NCBI RefSeq assembly: GCF_007859945.1
Contig: NZ_SJPQ01000002.1
Span: forward strand, 410,279 to 474,278
DNA from: Pseudobythopirellula maris
Lineage (GTDB): Bacteria; Planctomycetota; Planctomycetia; Pirellulales; Lacipirellulaceae
Length of the DNA: 64,000 bases
Direction: 5' to 3'
Both the position numbers and the translations under genes were made by a program. The notes under the pieces were generated by a model. That model searched no databases. It was not told where the DNA came from and saw nothing but the letters and a program-made list of their open reading frames with translations. Shown piece after piece: positions 59,292 through 64,000 of this stretch. Numbering within the stretch: position 1 is the stretch's first letter; every line of letters starts with the position of its first letter.

Positions 59292-59400
59292 TGAGACACA
59301 CGGGGCGTGATGCGGTTTGTCCTTAGGCAGGCATTAGGACGCTAGCAGTCTAACCGGCGTTCCGCTCAATGGGGTCGTCTCCTAGAATCCGCGGCCCTCA

Positions 59401-59422
59401 CCCCGACCAAGCCTAGTCGGGG
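59401..59422. repeat. Palindrome C variant (ccccgaccaagcctagtcgggg) + gccgcgccgcc
   Basis: Matches 46049-46081 except for a changed centre. Confidence 0.75.
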
Positions 59423-59486
59423 GCCGCGCCGCCACACACGCCCCCTTCATCCCACCTCATCCCGCGAACAAAAAGAGCACCGCCCT

Positions 59487-60233
59487 ATGGGTAAGGTCTA
59501 CTGCGTCGCGAACCAAAAAGGCGGTGTCGGCAAAACGACCACCGCCGTGAACGTCGCCGCCGGCTTGGCGGCCGCGGGGCTGCGCACGCTGCTGGTGGAC
59601 CTCGACCCGCAGTGCAACGCCACCGGCGCCGTCGCCCGCGAGCCTTCGCCGCGGCACCCGCTCGTGGAGCGCACGCCGATCCGCGAGGCGGTCACGCCGA
59701 CCGACTTCGAGGGCCTCACTCTGCTGCCCGGCAGCCGCAGCTTTCACGACGTCGATCACCTGGCGCAGGTCGGCGGGGCCGAGTCGGAGCTCGTCGCCCA
59801 GCACCTCTCCGCTAGCTTGGGCGCGTACGACGCGGTGCTGGTCGACTGCCCGCCGTCGCTGGGGGCGCTCACCCAAACGGCGCTAGCGACGGCCGACGAG
59901 GTGCTGATGCCCCTGGAGTGCGAGTACTTCGCCATGGAGGGACTCACACAAATGATTGAGCTGATCAAACGGGTGATGACGAGGTCAAACAGCCGATTAC
60001 AGTTTGGCGGGATCGTGCTCACCAAGCACGACCCGTCGCTCGAGCTCACCAGGGAGGTGGAGCGCGAGGTGCGTGAGTTCTTTGGCGACGTGGTGCTCCG
60101 CACTGTCGTGCCGAGGGACGTCGCGCTGGCCGAGGCCCCAAGCCACGGCCAACCAGTGATGGAGTATGCGCCGCGGTCACGGGGGACGCGGGCTTATATC
60201 GAGTTGTGTCAGGAGGTTCAGGGACGTGAGTAA
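59487..60233 (+). CDS. parA: Chromosome partitioning ATPase ParA/Soj
   Basis: MGKVYCVANQKGGVGKTTTAVN deviant Walker A. Confidence 0.88.
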   Translation: MGKVYCVANQKGGVGKTTTAVNVAAGLAAAGLRTLLVDLDPQCNATGAVAREPSPRHPLVERTPIREAVTPTDFEGLTLLPGSRSFHDVDHLAQVGGAESELVAQHLSASLGAYDAVLVDCPPSLGALTQTALATADEVLMPLECEYFAMEGLTQMIELIKRVMTRSNSRLQFGGIVLTKHDPSLELTREVEREVREFFGDVVLRTVVPRDVALAEAPSHGQPVMEYAPRSRGTRAYIELCQEVQGRE

Positions 60234-61341
60234 TCAACGCCGCTTGGGTCGTGGTCTGGAAGCCCTGTTGGGCCGATCGCTCGAAGAACAAAACACGCCG
60301 GCGGCGCCCGCCGGTCAATTCAGCGCGGTGCCCGCCGACGCGCCGGCCGACAGCAACGCTGGCGCCCCGGCGGACCTGGGCCCGCACCTCACGGCCGACG
60401 ACCAGGGCCAGCGCTGGCTCGACATCGGCGTGATCGAGCCGAACCCGTTCCAGCCTCGGAAGAAATTCGACGAGGTCGAGATCGCCGACCTGGCGGACAG
60501 CGTCCGCGAGCACGGCGTGCTGCAGCCGCTCGTGGTGAGGCGAGTCGGAGACCGCTTCGAGCTCGTGGCCGGCGAGCGCCGCCTGCGCGCCGCCCAAGCC
60601 GCCGGCTGGGAACGCGCCCCGGTCCAGCTGCGCGAACTCAGCGACCAGCAGACCGCCGAGCTGGCGATCGTTGAGAACGTGCAGCGCAAGGACCTCAACG
60701 CGATCGAGAAGGCCGCGAGTTTCCAGCGCTATATAAATGACTACGCCTGCACCCAGGACGAGCTGGCCAAGCGGATCCATGTCGACCGCTCGACGGTGGC
60801 CAACCTGATCCGGCTGCTCGACCTGCCCGAGGGCGTCAAGCAGCGGGTCGTCGATGGCGAGCTGACGCAGGGCCACGCCCGGGCGCTCTTGCCCGTGGGC
60901 GAGGCGGACGCGCAAGAAGGCCTGGCCAAACGGATTATCCAAGAGGGCTGGTCGGTGCGGCGCACCGAGCAAGAGGCGCAGAACAGCGTGCAAGACCTCG
61001 AGTCGATCACCCACGGCGGCGAAGACGCGAGCCTGCGGGTGATCGGCGAGGACGGCGTGAGCCGCCAGCCGGGCGCCGAGCCCAAGCCGGGCAAGAGCGA
61101 GCAGCTCGCCGCGCTGGAGCGCGAACTGCAGACCGCCCTCGGCACGAAGGTCGCCCTCAACCAGAACGCCAAGGGGAAGGGGAAGATCACGATCCACTTC
61201 GCTGGCGGCGAGGAGTTCGAGCGGCTCCACGCGTTGCTCGTGGCCTCGCAGCCGATGGCGCCCCCCGCGGACGGGACCGACCAGCAGCCGTTCGTCGAGA
61301 ACCAGTACGACCAGCCGGCCTACAACACGGGTGTGGGATGA
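60226..61341 (+). CDS. parB: Chromosome partitioning protein ParB/Spo0J
   Basis: GTG start overlapping the parA stop (cGTGAGTAA). RRLGRGLEALL, ParB box GERRLRAA, HTH region. Confidence 0.8.
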   Translation: MSNQRRLGRGLEALLGRSLEEQNTPAAPAGQFSAVPADAPADSNAGAPADLGPHLTADDQGQRWLDIGVIEPNPFQPRKKFDEVEIADLADSVREHGVLQPLVVRRVGDRFELVAGERRLRAAQAAGWERAPVQLRELSDQQTAELAIVENVQRKDLNAIEKAASFQRYINDYACTQDELAKRIHVDRSTVANLIRLLDLPEGVKQRVVDGELTQGHARALLPVGEADAQEGLAKRIIQEGWSVRRTEQEAQNSVQDLESITHGGEDASLRVIGEDGVSRQPGAEPKPGKSEQLAALERELQTALGTKVALNQNAKGKGKITIHFAGGEEFERLHALLVASQPMAPPADGTDQQPFVENQYDQPAYNTGVG

Positions 61342-61504
61342 GGCTCGGCGACCGGAAAAACGATCGCGTTTTGCGAGTGAACGGCGGGACTTCCCCGCCG
61401 TTCACGCGTTTCGGGCCCCCGGCGGCGCGTTGTTGCCGAACCCTTCACCGGCTACGATGTCAGCATAGTTAACGGCTAATGGCAAACCGCCAATAGCCGC
61501 CCAA

Positions 61505-61578
61505 CGGGGCGTGGCGCAGCCTGGTAGCGCGACTGCTTTGGGAGCAGTAGGTCGCACGTTCGAATCGTGTCGCCCCGA
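61505..61578 (+). tRNA. tRNA-Pro (anticodon TGG)
   Basis: Cloverleaf read by eye. Acceptor CGGGGCG/CGCCCCG. D-stem GCGC/GCGC with AGCCTGGTA loop. Anticodon stem ACTGC/GCAGT with loop TTTGGGA (34-36 = TGG; G37). T-arm GCACG-TTCGAAT-CGTGT. Discriminator A. CCA not encoded. Confidence 0.8.
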
Positions 61579-61696
61579 CTTAGTTTCAGGTGAAAAGGGC
61601 CTTCGGCGAATAGAGCAGGAGATAAGAGAAAGGAGAGCAGGAGAGCTCCGGTTTGGAGCACGGATGTGCTTGTGCAAGCCGTTCGATCCTCCTGCG

Positions 61697-61711
61697 GTCT
61701 CCTTTCTACTT
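61697..61711. repeat. Direct repeat ggtctcctttctact (left copy) flanking the four-helix-bundle gene
   Basis: Identical 15-mer recurs at 62118-62132. An imperfect inverted partner (gagataagagaaaggagagcaggagagctcc) lies at 61618-61648. Confidence 0.6.
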
Positions 61712-61735
61712 TCTCCTTTCACGTGAATCACCGAC

Positions 61736-62110
61736 ATGGCTTTCCAATTCGAGAAGCTGATCGTCTACCGAAAGGCGGTCGACTTCGCCGACGAGATTTT
61801 TAGCGAGACGGAAGGTTTCGCCCGGGGTTACGGCTTTCTCGTCGATCAGCTGAATCGCGCCGCGTTGTCGGTCTCGGCCAACATCGCCGAAGGCAACGGC
61901 CGGTTCACCAAGGCCGACCGCACCCACTTCTTCCGCATCGCCCGCGGCTCCGCTCAGGAGTGCGTGCCGCTGTTGGAACTCGCCTACCGACGCCAGCTTC
62001 TTCCGCTGGCTAGGCACGGAGATCTTAAGACCCGACTCGAAGAGGTCGCCAAGATGCTCTCTGGACTGATTAAAGGAGCGGATCGAGTAGGAGACGAGAG
62101 AAAAAAGTAG
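61736..62110 (+). CDS. Four-helix-bundle protein of the TIGR02436 / 23S rRNA intervening-sequence (bAvd-like) family
   Basis: 124 aa. Signature ...NIAEGNGRFTKADRTHFFRIARGSAQE.... Confidence 0.7.
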   Translation: MAFQFEKLIVYRKAVDFADEIFSETEGFARGYGFLVDQLNRAALSVSANIAEGNGRFTKADRTHFFRIARGSAQECVPLLELAYRRQLLPLARHGDLKTRLEEVAKMLSGLIKGADRVGDERKK

Positions 62111-62117
62111 AGCAAGA

Positions 62118-62132
62118 GGTCTCCTTTCTACT
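62118..62132. repeat. Direct repeat ggtctcctttctact (right copy)
   Basis: See the left copy at 61697-61711. Confidence 0.6.
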
Positions 62133-62156
62133 CCTCTCCAGCTCTAAACTCCAACC

Positions 62157-62645
62157 ATGAACGAGCACCTCGACACCCTATTGCGGCTTCTCGCCGCCAC
62201 CGCTTGTGGCGGTGTGCTTGGTTGGGAGCGGCAGGCGCGTGACAAGTCGGCCGGACTGCGGACCAATATCTTGGTCGCCGTCGGCGCCGCCACGGCGGCC
62301 GTGACCGCCATGCACCTGCGCGAGCAGATCCTCGCCCCGGGCGAGGCGGTCGTTTCGGCCGACCCGATCCGCATCGTCTCCGGCGTGATCGGCGGGCTCG
62401 GTTTCCTGGGCGCCGGGGCCATCTTGCAGAGCCGTGGCGAGGTGCACGGCATGACCACCGCCGCCACGATTTGGGTGGTCGGCGGCATCGGCGTCGCGTG
62501 CGGATTGGGCGACTACGCCACGGCGGGCATTGCGACCGGCGTCGCGTTTCTTGCGTTGTGGCTTCTTGGACGCCTGCAGCACAGCAGCCTCGCCCCGTCG
62601 AGCCTGCAGAAAGACGGCGATTCCGCCGAGCGCGCCACCGACTGA
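62157..62645 (+). CDS. MgtC/SapB family membrane protein
   Basis: GWERQ...GLRTNILVAVG... N-terminal helices typical of MgtC. Confidence 0.7.
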   Translation: MNEHLDTLLRLLAATACGGVLGWERQARDKSAGLRTNILVAVGAATAAVTAMHLREQILAPGEAVVSADPIRIVSGVIGGLGFLGAGAILQSRGEVHGMTTAATIWVVGGIGVACGLGDYATAGIATGVAFLALWLLGRLQHSSLAPSSLQKDGDSAERATD

Positions 62646-62878
62646 GAAAGCGTCGGTGCGGGTGGCGCGTCAGCCCGGTTGGGGCGGCCGATCCGCCCGG
62701 CGGGAAGAGGCTGGCAAACACCGCCCCCACGCCTTAATCTATGGGCTCCAGGCGCCCCTAAAGTCGTGTGGCCAGTCTCTTTTCCCCAGCCTGCGCCACG
62801 CAACTCGCACCCCGAACGCGGAAGCCAGCACGAATGCCCGTTAAAGCGCTCCCCGGTCTCACGCTCTCTCGTTCCGCC

Positions 62879-64000
62879 ATGACGATCCTCGAGGCGGCCG
62901 AAGCCGCCGGCCGGCTCACGCTGGCCGGTTCGGTCGACGAGCTGCTCGAGATGGCCGTTCCTCAGGACCAGGTCGATCCCGAGGGCTATTACACCGTCGG
63001 CTACGACGTGCCCGGCAAGGGCGTGGTCAACGAGTGCAAGGTCTGCCGTGTGCCCAACGGCATCGCCGCCAACTACCTCGATCCCTACATGCGTCGCCGC
63101 GACCCGGACTGCATGCTGATCGCCGACGAGCAGCACACCGACAAGGCGACGTTCAAAGAACGCTTCGGCCGCAGCTTCGACAAGGACCGCGCCGAGACGC
63201 TCGAGTGGCTCTCCGAGCAGCCGATCGCCGCGTTCTTCTTCGAGACCGGCCTGCCCGGCAACCCGCTCACCGGCTTGGCGATCTGCCCGGCGAACGCCGG
63301 CTTCTTCGGCCTGGGGCTCGCGCTGCTGCAAGGCATCGTGCCGATCGAGAAGGTGCTCGAGGCCGGCGACGACTACTACCACGAGGCCGTGGTCTACGTC
63401 GCACCGCCGTTCCGGCACACGCACTTCGACGGCAAGCAGGTGGTGGTGCACAACCGCCGCTTCGACGACAACGTGCGCCTGCACGAGCTGTTCAGCTACA
63501 ACCTCTACCCCGGCCCCTCGGCCAAGAAGGGCGTCTACGGCATGCTGCTCACCCGCGGCGAGCGGGCCGATACCCCCTGGACCACGGCCCACTGCTCGAC
63601 GGTGCAGGTCGTCACGCCTTACGACAACGTGACCACCATCATGCACGAGGGCGCCTCGGGCGGCGGCAAGAGCGAGATGCTCGAGCACATGCACCGCGCC
63701 GCCGACGGCCAGCTGCTGCTCGGCAAGAACCTGGTCACAGGCGACGTGCGGAGCCTGACCCTGCCACGGGGCTGCGAGCTGCGCCCCGTCACGGACGACA
63801 TGGCGCTATGCCACCCCGAGCTCAACCCCGATGGCTCCGCGCCGAACCGGCTCTCTCTGATGGACGCCGAACGGGCGTGGTTCATCCGCGTCAATCACCT
63901 CACGCAGTACGGCATCGATCCGGTGCTCGAGCGGCTCACCGTGAGCCCCCCCGGGCCGCTGTTGTTCCTCAACATCAAGGCGGTGCCCGGCGCCACGACG
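62879..64000 (+). CDS. Hypothetical protein with HprK-like P-loop (HEGASGGGKSEM); 3' end beyond the window
   Basis: Hand-translated + frame open from ATG 62879 to the window end. Not in the ORF track because it has no stop within the window. The 62513..63694 minus ORF is its antisense shadow. Confidence 0.5.
   Translation, partial: MTILEAAEAAGRLTLAGSVDELLEMAVPQDQVDPEGYYTVGYDVPGKGVVNECKVCRVPNGIAANYLDPYMRRRDPDCMLIADEQHTDKATFKERFGRSFDKDRAETLEWLSEQPIAAFFFETGLPGNPLTGLAICPANAGFFGLGLALLQGIVPIEKVLEAGDDYYHEAVVYVAPPFRHTHFDGKQVVVHNRRFDDNVRLHELFSYNLYPGPSAKKGVYGMLLTRGERADTPWTTAHCSTVQVVTPYDNVTTIMHEGASGGGKSEMLEHMHRAADGQLLLGKNLVTGDVRSLTLPRGCELRPVTDDMALCHPELNPDGSAPNRLSLMDAERAWFIRVNHLTQYGIDPVLERLTVSPPGPLLFLNIKAVPGATT

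Noticed and set aside
61660-61700. GTTCGATCC T-loop-like motif suggesting a tRNA fragment / integration scar
   Set aside because: No complementary T-stem or acceptor stem could be built, and there is no similarity to the adjacent tRNA-Pro 3' half.
1-64000. CRISPR arrays, rRNA genes, transposases/integrases
   Set aside because: None found on inspection. The repeats present are short palindromic REP-like elements and gene-associated modules, not regularly spaced direct repeats with unique spacers.

Overview
The window is high-GC (~65-70%) bacterial chromosomal DNA. By gene content (PEP-CTERM protein, giant secreted vWA protein, four-helix-bundle TIGR02436-like gene, frequent absence of Shine-Dalgarno motifs, very GC-rich codon usage) it is most consistent with a Planctomycetota (Pirellulales-like) genome; this is inference, no database search was possible. 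About 47 protein-coding genes and one tRNA are supported. Housekeeping genes recognised: argF 3' end, rph, mnmE-like, coaX, uvrA, aspS, glnA, a phosphofructokinase, trpF, ahcY, parA, parB and tRNA-Pro(UGG). Stand-out items are listed below. (1) A 2392-aa ORF made of two complete class-I-like UvrA units in tandem plus an unassigned ~310-aa C-terminal domain, present alongside a normal uvrA. (2) Three tandem paralogous polytopic membrane-protein genes of unknown family, with arrays of a perfect 14-bp palindrome GTTTCACGTGAAAC and a 27-bp perfect inverted repeat. (3) A small lower-GC accessory islet (low-GC gene plus PEP-CTERM gene) in which a ~106-bp element recurs beside three consecutive genes. 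(4) Adjacent OleC-like and OleD-like genes, which suggests head-to-head olefin biosynthesis; no oleA or oleB is in the window. (5) A four-helix-bundle (bAvd/23S-IVS family) gene bracketed by direct repeats just 3' of tRNA-Pro. (6) Four families of short palindromic REP-like repeats in intergenic spacers. No CRISPR array, rRNA or recognisable transposase was found. Many long ORFs in the track are antisense or alternate-frame artefacts of the high GC content.
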